Source of the DNA: the human T2T-CHM13v2.0 reference genome, Homo sapiens
DNA length: 64,000 nucleotides
Direction: 5' to 3' (one strand)
Assembly (NCBI RefSeq): GCF_009914755.1
Contig: NC_060936.1
In this document: positions 1 to 14,354 of the stretch, in pieces
Layout: every line of letters starts with the position of its first letter
How positions within the stretch are numbered: the stretch's first letter is position 1
Made by a program: the position numbers and the translations under genes
The notes under the pieces: generated by a model
Seen by the model: only the letters and a program-made list of their open reading frames with translations
Told to the model about the DNA's origin: nothing
Database searches by the model: none

Positions 1-270
1 CCAGATACCTAGCTGGTTCCTTTCTCCACACCAAGTTTCTGCTCAAATTTCCCTTCCTTAGAAAAAACTTCCATCACAATCCTGTCTACAAGTCTACTTT
101 CCATTTCTCTCAATCCCACAGCCTGCTTTATTTACCTTCATAGCACTCATCATTACATAAATGTGTATCATATACATAATTGCTAATGTGTGTTGCCTGT
201 CTCCCCTACTAGAATATAGGCTCTATGTGGTCAGGGACACACCTCATCATACACTGAGCTCCTAGTTGAA
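1..270 (+). mobile_element. L2 LINE 3' remnant
   Basis: Degenerate L2-like text (ctgcttta..ttcatagcact, gtctcccctactagaatataggctc). Confidence 0.55.
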
Positions 271-909
271 GCTGCCAACAACATAAGTACAGGCAGTGTC
301 ACTATAGAGTTTTGTACTTTTTAATATACCGTCTGTATAGCTTAGGAATATATTCTATAATGATAAAAACTCCAAATCACAATTCTTTAAATAAATGGAT
401 GTATTTGTCTCACATAACAAGAAGCCTAGGTAGACTGTTCCTGGCAGCAGAACTTCAGTGGGCCCTCAGGGACCTCAGCATTGTCCTTCTTTCTATTCCA
501 TTGTGCTGACAATGTTGGTTCTTGTCTGTGTGTTGCCCCACAGTAGCAAAGATGGCTGCCCCTCCTCAAGCCTCAATTTATACTCCAGGCAGGAAGAATA
601 AGGAAGTAGCAAAAAGCTGTAGGGCTTTTTGTTGGGTAGGATTTGAAGGTAAAGTGCCATAAGGTGAAAGATGACTGCAATTCATTGAACTTGTTGGAGT
701 CAGAGTCCACCTCAGGCTCCCAGTGTTCAGGGAGACTGGAGGGCTTGTTTCCTGAAGAAACTAGCAAAGTGAAGCTCAGTTGTCATGGCAACCCACCAAT
801 CAACTTTTGCTGCCCTTGCTTTTTATAATTACTTCTTAAAACTCTTCTTTGTATAAATTCCTATTTTTCAGGACAGTAATTAGCAAATGTTAAGAATATG
901 ATGAAAACA

Positions 910-1239
<330 letters not shown>

Positions 1240-1599
1240 TCATGAGAAAACTGAATATATTTTGTGTGCTTTGTAGCATGCAACAGCTGAGTAAATATAT
1301 TGATGTACTTGGGAACCAAGGTTCTCATTGTAGTTGCCAGTAATATCAATATATTTACTCATTTGTTTTATCCTACAAATATGTAAATTTAGAAAGACCA
1401 AAGCTAAGAAATTTTCCAGTAGGTTTTTTTTGAATTGTAGGTACCAATTTGAACTCAAATTTTTGAAAGTGTTCTCAATTACCAAATTAATTCATTGGAT
1501 TTTTTTAAAAGGAACCCAAGAGTCTACAAAGAGAATGGGGTGGGATGAAGTGCTGTTCAAACTTCATAACAGAATAACACCTTTCACATTCCTGTAAAA

Positions 1600-2110
1600 G
1601 GAATGATAGAATTCAAAATCACCATTTTTCAGTCTCCCATGTAAGCACTGATTTAGGCAAGGATCATCAATGGATACTAAAACCATTCTGCAGAACAGGA
1701 TATTCATCAATATTCTCCAAGTGTTATTTCACAGGTAATTATTTATTAATTTATTAGTACTATAAATTTCAAAGGTGAAATGTTACCCTTACTATGAAGA
1801 GATCTCTCCAGCACCACCCCAGTAAAGAAATCTAATGTAGAATAGATTTGTATTCTGCAACAGTAGCACACACTACCAATAATAGGACACACTGACATTA
1901 TGTACCTCTTAATGTAACAGAATAAGAAACACACAATCTCACCTAAGTATTCTCGCCAAAAATGTTTAACTTGAATTCCGAACACAATGAAACAATCAGA
2001 AAATTTAAATTGTGGGACATTCTATAAAGGAAGTGACCTGAATTTGCCAAAATGTCAATCTTATGGAAGATTATTTATTTAAAAAAAGAAAGATTGGAGG
2101 AATGTTCAAG
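1600..2110 (+). mobile_element. Old L1MC-like 3' fragment
   Basis: Degenerate similarity to L1MC 3' ends (aaaatgtttaacttgaat, tgtgggacattcta). Confidence 0.45.
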
Positions 2111-2113
2111 ATC

Positions 2114-3570
2114 AGCAGTTCTTAAAGTGTGATCTATAAATCCCTGGGGGTACTTGAGACTAAAAAAAACAGAAAGTCAAAACTATTTGTATAAAAAGGT
2201 TAATAGGTTATTTGCCTTTTTCACTGTGTGGACATTTGCAGCGATGGTACAGAAGCAATGGGAGTAAAATTGCTGGCATCTTAGCATGAACCAGGTCAAG
2301 ACCACGGCACCACACTGTACTAGTAGTCATTGTATTCTTTACCACCAGGCACTTTTCATGAATTCTGTTTTCATTTTTAATTTTTGTGAGTACATAGTAG
2401 GTATATGTGTTTATGGGGTACATGAGATGTTTCGATACAGACATGCAATGTGTAATAATCACTTCATGGAAAATAGGGTCTCCACCCCTCAAGCATTTAC
2501 CCTTTGTGTTACAAACAATCTGATTATAGTCTTTTCATTATTTTAAAGTGTACAATTAAATTACTACTGATGATAGGCACTCTGTTGTGCTATCAAATAC
2601 TAGGTCTTATTCATTCTTTCTAACTAAATTTTTTGTACCTATTAACCATCCCCACCCCCACTACCCCCACTACCTGCCCCCCTCCCACCCCCAACTAGCC
2701 TTCCCAGCCTCTGGTAACCATCCTTCTACTCTGTCTCCATGAGTTCAGTTGCTATGATTTTAGATCCTACAAATAAGTGAGAATATGCCATACTTGTCTT
2801 TCTATGCCTGGTTTATTTCACTTAACATGAAAGTGTGGTCTGTGGATCCCTGAGGGTCCTTGAAACTAGGGAGAACACAAGGTCAAAATTATTTATATAC
2901 TGAAGTTAAGTTTCTAACTCAAGCATACATATTTTTAACATTCTGTGTGGTAAAGTGGAAAGTACACATAAAGCACTTTTGCAAAGCAAAGAGCAATGGC
3001 TGTCCTAAGGAAAAGTACTTGTATAACCGAACTGCTGGCTGAGCCAGCCACTTGTATTCATGGAGCACAATTTTTATGTGAAAGAACTACTGACAAACAC
3101 ATGGTTTTTTGGACTGAGATATTTGGCAGACACTTTCTCAAAAATAAACAAACTAAGCCTGTCACCAAGGAAATCACTGACAGTGTTTATTGCCAATGAT
3201 AAAATTCTAGTTTTCAAGCAAAAATTAGAATTTTGGAAAAATCGCACTCATCCTCATATTTATTTGTATTCATCAGCTTTTCAATGCTTAAAGACTCTTA
3301 GTGAGATTGATGGTGATATCAATGCATGTGATTTTTTTATCTGGAATAATGAAAAGTGCTAACATTGCAAAAATCTGCACAATTCAGTCAACTGATATTT
3401 TCCAAATGGCTAACGCATGATGTTTTATCCATGCATGTATGAAAGCGGCACTCACAGTGCAAAATAACCAACGGTTTTTAATGTAACAGAGTATGAAAAG
3501 TTTATTAGTATGGTTTCAGATTCCATACTGCAGTTAACTTTTCAGTAACACTTTTTAACTTTTCAGTAAC
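2114..3570 (+). mobile_element. Charlie1-type hAT DNA transposon fossil interrupted by L1MA
   Basis: Charlie left end cagcagttcttaaagtgtg; ORF 3060-3362 resembles a decayed hAT transposase segment. Confidence 0.75.
2365..2829 (-). mobile_element. L1MA-type 3' end
   Basis: Antisense L1MA 3' UTR (tacatagtaggtatatgtgtttatggggtacatgag; cccagcctctggtaaccatcc). Confidence 0.85.
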
Positions 3571-3849
3571 CTTCACTAACATTTATGGAGTATTCACTAC
3601 ATACCAGACACTGTACAAGGTAGCTTACATACTGTGCCATAACAATTTAGATTTTTAACAAGCCTGTGATGGGATTCCACCTCAAAAACAACGGGAAAGA
3701 AGAGTAATATGGAGTTTGTTGAGAGAGGAGAGTCTTATTATGGGTTGAGAAATGCTTTAGATGCAAAGCAGAAAAAAGGAAAGGGTAAAAGAGTATAATA
3801 AGATGTTAAATTAAAATTTTTAACTGAGGCGCCAAAATATAATACTTAC

Positions 3850-3942
3850 CAGATTCTAACAGAGTGCAAGGCAAACCATAACAATGTGGCAATTTCAAAG
3901 AGTTGAAAGTGTACAGATGCAGAGGAAACCCTCAATGTATTT
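3850..3942 (-). other. Candidate 93-nt internal exon
   Basis: Minus strand: acceptor ttttttctccaaag|A and donor TG|GTAAGT, in unique sequence. Confidence 0.3.
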
Positions 3943-5631
3943 CTTTGGAGAAAAAACATTGGTGCATTTTGGCTCCCACCTTTATGGAGGAGGAATGCGT
4001 GCTCTTCCCTCAGCTCAAACCTAGGGCTAAAAGCTTCAACAGGATCACTTGGAGAACTTCCTATGTTCCTTGCAGTGGTGAGGGCAAAAGGGACTGTGCC
4101 TGACTCACAAGAGGGACAGCCAAAGTGGCCTGGCATACCAGAATGGAGGGCTATGTGGAAAGCAGCCTGATGCCTCGAAATTGGTCAGGGCAAGGGATGC
4201 AAGAATGCTTCCCAGGGACCAGATGCAAACCATGAGGAAGTGGGTGACCTGGAGTCACTTTGACTACTGCCTAAGAGGACAATGGGAATCCGACAGTGAA
4301 CATCTGTGCGGAAGAACCTGTCAGAAAAATGAAGGCCAAGGAAGAGAATTGTGGAAAAGAAAGTGAACACATCACCCATGCCAAAAAAGTTGTATTGGGA
4401 CAGTTGTAACCAAAAAAACCAGGAAGACACCCATAAGAATCAGTTTTAGACATCTGCCAAGGCCAGACAGTTCAAAGCCATCTTATGATAGTACCATCCA
4501 GGTAAGAGCTTCCTGCCTCCCTTTCGCTGCCCCCCTCCCCATGTTTTGGAAGGAGGTTACTGGAGGGAAAAGAGGCTAACTGCCTCACCCTCCCAGGAGC
4601 ACAGGTGCCTGTGCTGGGAAGGGAAAAGGGAGAGATTCTTATCTTTCGAAGTTTGCTTGATACACCGAACTTGACATCCTAATCTATGAATCTTCAGGAC
4701 TGTGAAGCCTTTTAGGATGTGAGCTTCAGGAAGAAATGCACAATGAAGTCCCGGGAGTTTCCAAATAACACCAAACTTTGCCAAGTAGTGAAGAGCTAGA
4801 CAGAAGGATGAGGACAGACCATGGAACAAGTCTGTAGGGAAAGGCGATACATTATGCTCAGGGTGGAAGACTCACTGGCCTAGAATTCTCTCCGGGATTT
4901 TTCTTGTAAACCCAGGTTTCCTGGAGCACTGGCATATGGCCCAATTTTGAGGAATGTTGCACTATCCACAGTCCTTTTCTTGGGGTTTTATAAGTGTTCA
5001 GAGGTGGCTTTATCATGTAACCCTGATAATATGGGCACAACTCACCAAAAAACAAACCAACGAACAAAGAAAAACACATCTGGCTCTTGACCAAAGATGC
5101 TCTAAAAAATTCAGAACCTCCCTCGTGGGAATTCTAAGGGCCTTCTAAATTAGAAAGCAATTCATCAATCAATTGTATCCTCTCCCCTGGGGTGCTTAAA
5201 CGGCAGAAATACAGAGGGTGTGGTCTGTGTATAGAGAGAGGAAGATGAAGAAATGTAGAGTAGAAAGGTAAATAGAAGGCATGACTTGGAGAGCCAGGTT
5301 TGGGCAATCCATTAGAAAGAAAAAGCGAAAGAAAGAGAATCCAAGTACTGAATCCAAGAAAAGTGACTTTTAAATCTGGGGTTGATCACCAGAATGACTA
5401 CCAGACTATTTGACCTGCCACTGCATTCTGAATGGTAGTAAATGAGGCTTCTATTGTCCTTAGGTGCAGGAGATTAGATTTTCTTTTCCCTTGACTTTCT
5501 TTCTCCATCAAGTCCTTCAATAAACCCCCATTGATTGAGGTCATTGTACTGCTGTTCCCAGTAACTGGGAAGAAATTGATACAATGATAGGTGAATTCCG
5601 CCAGGTGTAGATACTAAATGAAAGAAACCTG

Positions 5632-5948
<317 letters not shown>

Positions 5949-6153
5949 TTATTAAAACTTTCCCAATAGACTCCCTCTGGGATTCCCTAATTCAAAGCAA
6001 AGGTCAGCAAACTTTTCCTGTAAAGGGCCAAATAGTAAATATTTAGTCACTATGGGCAGTATCATCTCTGTTGTAACCAGTCAATTCTACCAGTAGCAAG
6101 AAAACAGTCATAGACAATACATAAACAAATAAACATGGTTATATTTCTTTCTG

Positions 6154-6463
6154 GTTTTTTTTTTTTTTTTTTTTTTTAAATGAGACAGAGTCTCACTCCG
6201 TTGCCCAGGCTGGAGTGCAATGGAGTGATCTCGGCTCACTGCAACCTCCGCCTTCTGGGTTCAAGTAATTCTCCTGCTTCAGCCTCCTGAGTAGCTGGGA
6301 TTTCAGGTGCCCACCACCACGCTCAGCTAATTTTTGTATTTTTAGTAGAAATGGGGTTTCGCAATGTTGGCCAGGCTGGTCTCGAACTCCTGACCTCAGG
6401 TGATCTGCCAACCTCAGCCTCACGAAGTGTTGGGATTATAGTCATGACCCACCACACCTATCC
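6154..6463 (-). mobile_element. Alu (AluS-type)
   Basis: Poly-T followed by reverse-complement Alu. Confidence 0.97.
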
Positions 6464-6609
6464 AGAGCATGGCTACAGTTCATAAAACTTTTTTTATGAA
6501 TACTGAAATTTGAACGTGTATACTTTTCACACATCACAGAATTTTTTTTCAGCCATTTAAAAAATGTTAAAGCCATTTTTAACTTTTGAGCCGCATAAAA
6601 ATAGGCAGT

Positions 6610-6911
<302 letters not shown>

Positions 6912-7598
6912 TGCAGTCAACTGTCTTTGGTCCCCAGGCCATAGTTTTTCCACCCCTGGCTTAACCCCAAGACCAAAAACAGAATCCTTAAATGATTGTA
7001 CAGCAGCATCAAGACTGCTAATTACAAACCTTGGCTTATTAGGGTGAAAACTCTGCCTCCCCATGAACAGATAAAAATTAAGAAGGAAACCAACGGAATA
7101 AAGTAGCGGGAGGGCATTGTATAAAAAGAAAAAAGAATCATTTACATTCATGACTTTAATTAATTGAAAAACTTAAAATCTTTATATGAAGAAATAAATA
7201 CATACTGTTTTTCTCTGTACTCCAGAAACCACAAGAGTGTGTTTTCTATAGAATTCTGCTAAAAACGCCTTATAAAAATGATAATTCACTTAAAAAAAAA
7301 AGAAAAAGAAAAAAATCAAAGAAGGAGTTTAAAACAAAGTAATTTATATTTTATCTTTGTGCACCTAAATGTCATTGTCATTGTCATTGTTGTTCTTTAA
7401 GTAGAATTAGCAGAGGCTGTGGAAGCAAGGTGGTGGCTCTGGAAGGAGATCAGCAAAACACCCAAGCCATCCTGTGAAAGCAAAGCAATACTACAGGTAT
7501 GGAACTGATATTTACGATGTTAAGGCCTAAGATTATATGTTATTTATACAGAGAAAAATTCCCACCCACAGAAATAGTTCTTTTTCATGTATGATTCA

Positions 7599-7949
<351 letters not shown>

Positions 7950-8619
7950 GAATCCATTTTGGGGTTCTCAAGTTGTATTTAACACTGGGTCAATGGAGTT
8001 CCATATCTACCCTTTTTAACAGAATGGCTCTCAATGATTTTGAACTGTGGATGTATTTGAATATTTTATGAAAACTATGGAACTTTCCTCTATAAAATAT
8101 GCCTATAGACAACATTTTGCATTCAATTTTATGGAATTCATGGTGCCCCTCAACTACCAGGACCCATATCTGAAAAAGCGTTCTAAAGCACGAAGTGTGA
8201 AGGCACTTGTCTTAGGGTTACTCCACCAGCCACACCTGATTTCACAGATACCACTTTCTTTTTCTTTTAACAGTTCACCTTTGCAATGTCTAATAATTAA
8301 GTTACATTAAAAGTGCTGAGGTATGAGATCTCTTCTTCAGCAACCATGTGGAAAAATCATGTGTCATTTAAAGAAGCTTCTAAAAGGATTACAGGCCTCT
8401 GGCTTCACCCTGGAGGTGTCCTGGCTGTAAATAATTTAAAGGATGTCTCTTATAGGAGAAGGAAGATGCTGAATGGGAATTGAATCTGTTCTTCCTTCTA
8501 CATTTTTCTCCTTCTCATCCTAACCTGGGGACTGCCCCTATCCAGTTCTTCATGCTTCCAGATGTCATCATCGAGTCACAGAACATTAGGTCTGGAAGGC
8601 CCATCTGAAATTGCCTAGT

Positions 8620-8795
8620 CCAGTGCTTCTCAAACTTTAGTGTGTGTCAGAATCACCAGAAGAGCTTATTAAAAGGTAGATTTCCTCCCACACCTCCCCA
8701 GGTCAGACAGAGTAGGTCTGAGTGGTGCCAGATGATTCTAACAAGCTCCCAGGTGATTCTTAGGTGGCCCTTTTTGGACTCACACTTTCAAAAGC
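8620..8795. mobile_element. MER5-type hAT MITE
   Basis: cagtgcttctcaaactttagtgtgtgtcagaatcacc ... ccaggtgattct ... cacactttcaaaa. Confidence 0.7.
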
Positions 8796-8833
8796 ATAGA
8801 TTTAGTCTTCTTTTATGAAGGAGGGACTGAGAC

Positions 8834-9269
8834 TGTGTTATGCCATTCTTGCATTGCTATAAGGAAATACCTGAGACTCGGTAATTTATAAAGAAAAGTG
8901 GTTTAATTGGCTTACTGTTCTGCAGGCTGTACGGGAAGCATGGTGCTGGTGTCTGCTCAGCTTCTGGTGAACCCTCAGGGAGCTCACAATCATGGCAGAA
9001 GGCAAAGGGGGAACAGGCACATCACATGGCAAAAGCAGGAGCAAGCGAGAGAGAGAGAGAGAGGAGGAAGAGGTGCCACACACTTTCAAATGACCAGATC
9101 TCATGTAAACTCAGAGTGAAAGCTCATTTATTACCAAAGGGATGGCCCAAGCCCTTCATGAGGGATCCACTCCCATAATCCAAACACCTCCCACCAGGCC
9201 CCACCTCCAACATTGGGAATTACATTTCAACATGAGAGTTAAGTGGGGACAAACATCCAAACTATGTCA
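8834..9269 (-). mobile_element. MST-type MaLR solo LTR
   Basis: cattcttgcattgctataaggaaatacctgaga ... ggggacaaacatccaaactatgtca. Confidence 0.9.
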
Positions 9270-9283
9270 GAGATCTTCCCCTC

Positions 9284-9714
9284 TGTGATGGTTAATACTG
9301 AGTGTCAACTTGATTGGATCGAAGGATGCAAAGTATTGATCCTAGCTGTGTCTATGAGGGTGTTGCCAAAGGAGATTAACATCTGAGTCAGTGGGCTGGG
9401 AAAGGCAGACCCACCCTTAATCTGGATGGGAAACATCTAATCAGCTGCCAGCACAGCCAGAATATAAAGCAAGCAAAAAACCGTGAAAAGGCTAGACTGG
9501 CTTGGCCTCCCAGCCTACATCTTTCTCCTGTGCTGCATGCTTCCTGCCCCTGAACGTTGGACTCCAAGTTCTTCAGCTTTGGGACTTGGACTGGATCCCT
9601 CACTCCTCAGCTTGCTGATGGCCTATTGTGGGACCTTGTGATTGTATGAGTTAATAAACTCCACTCTATATATATATATATGTTCTGTCCCTCTAGAGAA
9701 CCCTGACTAATATA
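9284..9714 (+). mobile_element. MLT2A-type (ERVL) solo LTR
   Basis: tgtgatggttaatactgagtgtcaacttgattgg ... gagaaccctgactaatata; 5-bp TSD ccctc. Confidence 0.92.
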
Positions 9715-10230
9715 CCCTCTTTCTGCCCTCCTTCCTTGTCTGTACCTTGAAGATGGTAGCCTAAAACTGTCTGGATCATCAAATGAGATAACGTTTGCCA
9801 ACACATCAAGCTCACTGCTGCCTCAAAACCTTTGGTGCTCCCTCTGTATTAAAAAATATATGTATCTTCTGCCCATATTTCTATGACTTGCTCCCTCCCA
9901 TCACTAGGTCTTTGCTCCAGTGTCCCTTCCTCAAGTTTTCCTGACCATCCTATGTAAAGTAAACAACCCTCCACCCTACCCGCATTGTCTCCATTCTTCT
10001 ACACTGTTTTCTTTTTCTTCATATAACTTACCCCTATCTGAATTATGTATGTATTTCTTTACAAGTTTACTAGCTATGACTGTGGTTTCATAGAGACAGC
10101 TTCTAGCACTGTGCCTGGGAAATAAGGGGCTCACAGTGAATGATAAACCAGTGAAAACATAAAGTTCTTATTTATACTTTATACTATTCCTTAAATTCAT
10201 AACCTTTTTATCTTCCCAGACACACAAAAA

Positions 10231-10306
10231 GGGGGAAATATTTATGTTCATCCACTGTTGACAGTGTTCCCACTGTCGACAGTGGATGAACATAAATATT
10301 TCCCCC
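10231..10306. repeat. Near-perfect inverted repeat (36-bp arms, 4-nt loop)
   Basis: Arms 10231-10266 and 10271-10306 are reverse complements with one mismatch. Confidence 0.98.
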
Positions 10307-10434
10307 ACAATGTTAGTCAATGTGATTGGGAGTGTATGGAAGCCAAGGTTGCCATAAGCGAGACGAGCATGCATACAGAATTATTATAATTAAGAGAGAA
10401 TTAAAGGAAATTGATTTGCCATGTGATTGCTTTT

Positions 10435-11495
10435 ATTCATTCAGTCTATAAATATTTGTTAAAAGCATCTGAGGGGCCAGACTAGGGATAAAACACAGAA
10501 CAAAGCCCTCACGGAGCTCACGCCCTTGGGGGAGGAAGGAACAGCACAGCTACACAATATCAATAAGTACATTATAGAGCAGACTGAAGGTGATTGGTGC
10601 TTTGGAGAAAAATTAAGAATGTTAGGGAAATGCAGAGTGTAGAGGGCTGCAATTTTAAATAGAATAGTCCAGGAAGGCCTCAATGAGAAGGTAACATTTG
10701 AGCAAAGACTTGACAGTGGTGAAGCAGAGAGCCACACAGGTTTTGAGGTAGGAGGCAAGACTGGACTCTGGAGGCAGGGCTCAGACACTGGACTAAATTG
10801 AGGACTAGCTAAAACAGGGGCAGGGTGAAAGAAGCTTTCCATAGGACATGCCCATCAGTGTGCCATGTCAGCTTACCATTGCCATGGCAACACCCAGAAA
10901 TTATCACCCCTTTCCATGGCAATCGCCTGACAACCCAGAAGTTACCACCTTATTTCTAGAAATTTCTTTGTAATCTGCCCCTTAATTTACATATAATTAA
11001 AGTAGATATAAAGATAACTGCAAAACTGCCTCAGAGCTGCTCCTCTGGATGCACTGCCTGGAAGGTTGCCCTGCTCTGTGAGGAACAGCACCTCTGCTGT
11101 TGCCGTGCACTGTCGCTTCAATACAAGTTGCTGTCTAACACCACCAGCTTGCCCCTAAATTATTTCCTGAGTGAAGCCAAAAAGATCTCCTGTACTAAGC
11201 CCCAATTTGGGGCTTCACCTGCCCTACATCAGTTTCTTGAGGAAGTGTGCTCCAGGCAGAGAAAACAGCAAGTGCAAAGGCCCTGGGGCTGGCCAATGCG
11301 AGTGAATAGGAGGAAGTTGAAGATGAGCTCAGAGCCGGTGGGGGACTGTGAGTCACGCAGGGCTCTACAGGCCCCTCCAAGAACCCTGGCTCTTCCTCTG
11401 AGTGACCTGGACCTCACTGGGAAGATCTGAGCAGAAAAATGACTTGATCTGACTTAGGCTTTCACAGGATCACACTGCCTGCTGTGTTGAAAAGA
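10435..11495 (-). mobile_element. L2 remnant interrupted by MER41-family LTR
   Basis: ttcattcagtc..., gaaggcctcaatgagaaggtaacatttgagcaaagacttga; resumes after 11235. Confidence 0.7.
10744..11231 (+). mobile_element. MER41-family (ERV1) solo LTR
   Basis: TG...CA ends, 4-bp TSD gttt, tgtcagcttaccattgccatggcaac motif. Confidence 0.8.
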
Positions 11496-11579
11496 GTGCT
11501 TGCCTCAGATCCAGCCACACACTTCCTGCTCAAAAAAGCACACTCCAGAGATGTTTTAAAACAAAACACAAATTGCTAA

Positions 11580-12443
11580 AAACAACCACAAATATATTTA
11601 AATGGGCAAAGGACTTAAAGAGTTTAATTCATTCTCCAAAGAAGATTCACAAATGGCCAATGAGCACATAAAAAGATGTTCAATATCACTAATTATTGGG
11701 GAACTCTAAAGAAAACCTCAATGAGATACCACCTCACACCCATTACAATGGCTATCAAAAAAAAAATGGAAAATGATGGCAAGAATATGGAGGAATTAGG
11801 ACCCTCGTGCATTGCTGGTGGAAATGTACAGGGATGCAGGCACTATGGAAAACAGTATGCAGGTGCTTCAGTAAGTTAAACAGAGTTATCAGAGGATTCA
11901 GCAACTGCACTTCTAGGTTATATACCCCCAGAAATTGAAATCAGGGGCTCAGATACTTGTATACCAATATTCATAGCAGTATTATTCACAGCAGCCAAAA
12001 TGTAGAAACAACTCGAGTGTCCATCAACAGATGAATGGATAAATAAAATGTGGTATATACATACAATGGAATATTGTTTGATCTTAAAATGGAATGAATT
12101 CTGATGCATGCTACGCCCTGGCAGAACCTTGGAAACATTATGCTAAGTGGAAATAAGCCAGACGCAAAAGAAGAACTATTGTATGATTCCACTTATGTGA
12201 GGTACCTAGAATAGGTGGATTCATAGAGACAGAAAGAGGACAGGTTGCCAGAGGCAGAGGGGAGGGAAGAAAGGGAAGTTCTCGTCTAATGAGTATAGAG
12301 TTTCAGTTTTGCAAGATGAAAATGTTCTGGAAATGGATGGTTATGATAGTAGCACAACAATGTAAATGCATTTAATGTCATTGAATTGTACACATAAAAA
12401 TGGTTACGATGGTAAATTATGTATATTTTATCCCAATTAAAAA
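11580..12443 (+). mobile_element. L1MB-type 3' fragment
   Basis: ORF2 C-terminal remnant and L1MB-like 3' UTR (gagtttcagttttgcaagatgaaaatgttctgg). Confidence 0.88.
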
Positions 12444-14354
12444 ATTTTCATTTTTCTAAGTTTCTAAGTTCTGTCTCAATGTACCTTTTCATTTAACAAA
12501 TATTTATTAAGCATCAACTATGAACCAAGCAATGTGGATAAAATTTTCCAAGTGAAAAAAGAGGGACAACCATCATTTGTTGAGTGCCTACTTGGGACAC
12601 ACTGGCTATTTTCTTTTCAGACCCTTTGTCTTCCTTGGGATTTTGAGATGTTAGAAGTCAAAAAATGTGCAAAAATAACATTGAGGACTTTGTAATGCAG
12701 GGTCCCAAAGGCACAGATAAAGCATTACTGGCTTTTTGAAGCGAGAAAGGTCACTTCTGACTGGGAGCTCCATCAAGTCTTCATGGAATGGCCAGCATGG
12801 GAACAGAGGCTGGGGCAGGGCAGATCCCAGGCACCAGCAGGAGGTCAACAGTGCTCAGGAGCAGAGGGGAACAAACGTGGTGGGCACATGGGATATATGA
12901 GGAGGAGAAAGGAAAGGCAGGAAGCCAGGGAGTTCGCAGGATCCAGATCCTCAAGGGGTCTTAAATTAGGCCAGTCATAGCCTTAGGGGTCAAAGAGCCA
13001 TTGAAGACGTTTAAGAAGGGGATGCCAAGGCAAAGCCATAGACACCTGCAGGTGGGGAAAGTAGGATACTGTGAGATGAGAGAACAGCAGGAGAAGGAAG
13101 GACAGAGTCACTGCCTATGGGGAACTCTCATCTGAAATGACTTCGTGTTGATGCAAAGCATTTCTTGCTAACTTCTAAGCATATGGAAAGTCTCATCTGC
13201 ACACTCCAACTTCTGCCTGGGGAGGGAGAGCCAAGTGAGAATTTTTTCCATTAAGACTGTGATGAAGGAAAAATTCCTTAGGGCAGACAATTATGTCAAC
13301 ATATTTTTCTAATTTATATTTTTAAATGTGCAAATGTTCCTAGAGGCCTGGTGGCAGACACAACTTTTATAAATATAAAAATGTCAATCTGCACACAACT
13401 GCTAGCCTGCTGAAGACACCCACCTCCTTCCAAATTTAACCAGTCTGATTTTTTTTAAGACAATTGTGTTTGGAAATTGTAAACATGCAGCTAATGAGTC
13501 TAAGGAAAAACAGAGTTTATCCAATAACATTGCACAAAGGCAAATTTCTCCCAAACCTTTTTTCTTCAGCATCAGAGTCTTTTTTCTTAAAATCAGAGCT
13601 AGGAGACTTGTTTGCATCACCAAGTATGTGATGAGAGGATGAAACATGATCACATGCAGGCAGATACAGTGGTGTGAAGCCATCAAGGGAGGCTGGAGTC
13701 TGCAGTCAGAGGGGCCAGGTACAAATCCCAGTCTCGCCCTTTCAAAGTGACATTGCCCTTGGCCAGATTACTTACCCCGCTTCCCAAGAGGAAGGTCAGT
13801 ATGGTGGCTGAGGGTCTGGACTCTGTAAACCAGACTTCCCCAGGCTTGACTCCCCCTCTGCCACCTCCTTGCTGGTAACCTCTCAATGGGGTGATAAGAA
13901 CAACAGTATCTGCCTCATGGCAGGATCATGAGGAGTAAATGAGTTAACATATGTAAAATCCCTAAGAGGGTACCTGTTATGTAAAGTGCTATGTATAAAT
14001 GCTTGCTCATTTGTTATCAGTTAAAACGAAAAACTGGATATAAGCCCTCACAAGGCATTCGTGACAATTAACTGAGATGGGGGTGGAGGCACACTCTATG
14101 CAGGTTCTAAACCTAAAATCCTAGCTCTACCACTCATTAGCCATATATTCTAAGTTCCTTTATCTTCCTGTATTTCATTTTGAGGTTGAACTTCGAATAG
14201 GCCCTTGCACACGGTGAGTAGACAGGAAATCTCATCAGCAACAAATATTAGTTTCCCCTGTCCTTCTCATTCTCATTCCAACATGTTTTCTCCTAAGAGG
14301 ACAAGATACTCTGGACTGTTGAAGTCCATTTAGGGTATTCTCCAGATGAGGGTT

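Noticed and set aside
7402-7496. Plus-strand exon-like segment ending CAG|GTATGG
   Set aside because: No partner exons and an ambiguous acceptor; such signals occur by chance.
10744-11231. MER41 as an interferon-gamma (STAT1 GAS) enhancer
   Set aside because: I did not find an intact TTCNNNGAA at the expected positions (acccagaa, ttctagaa).
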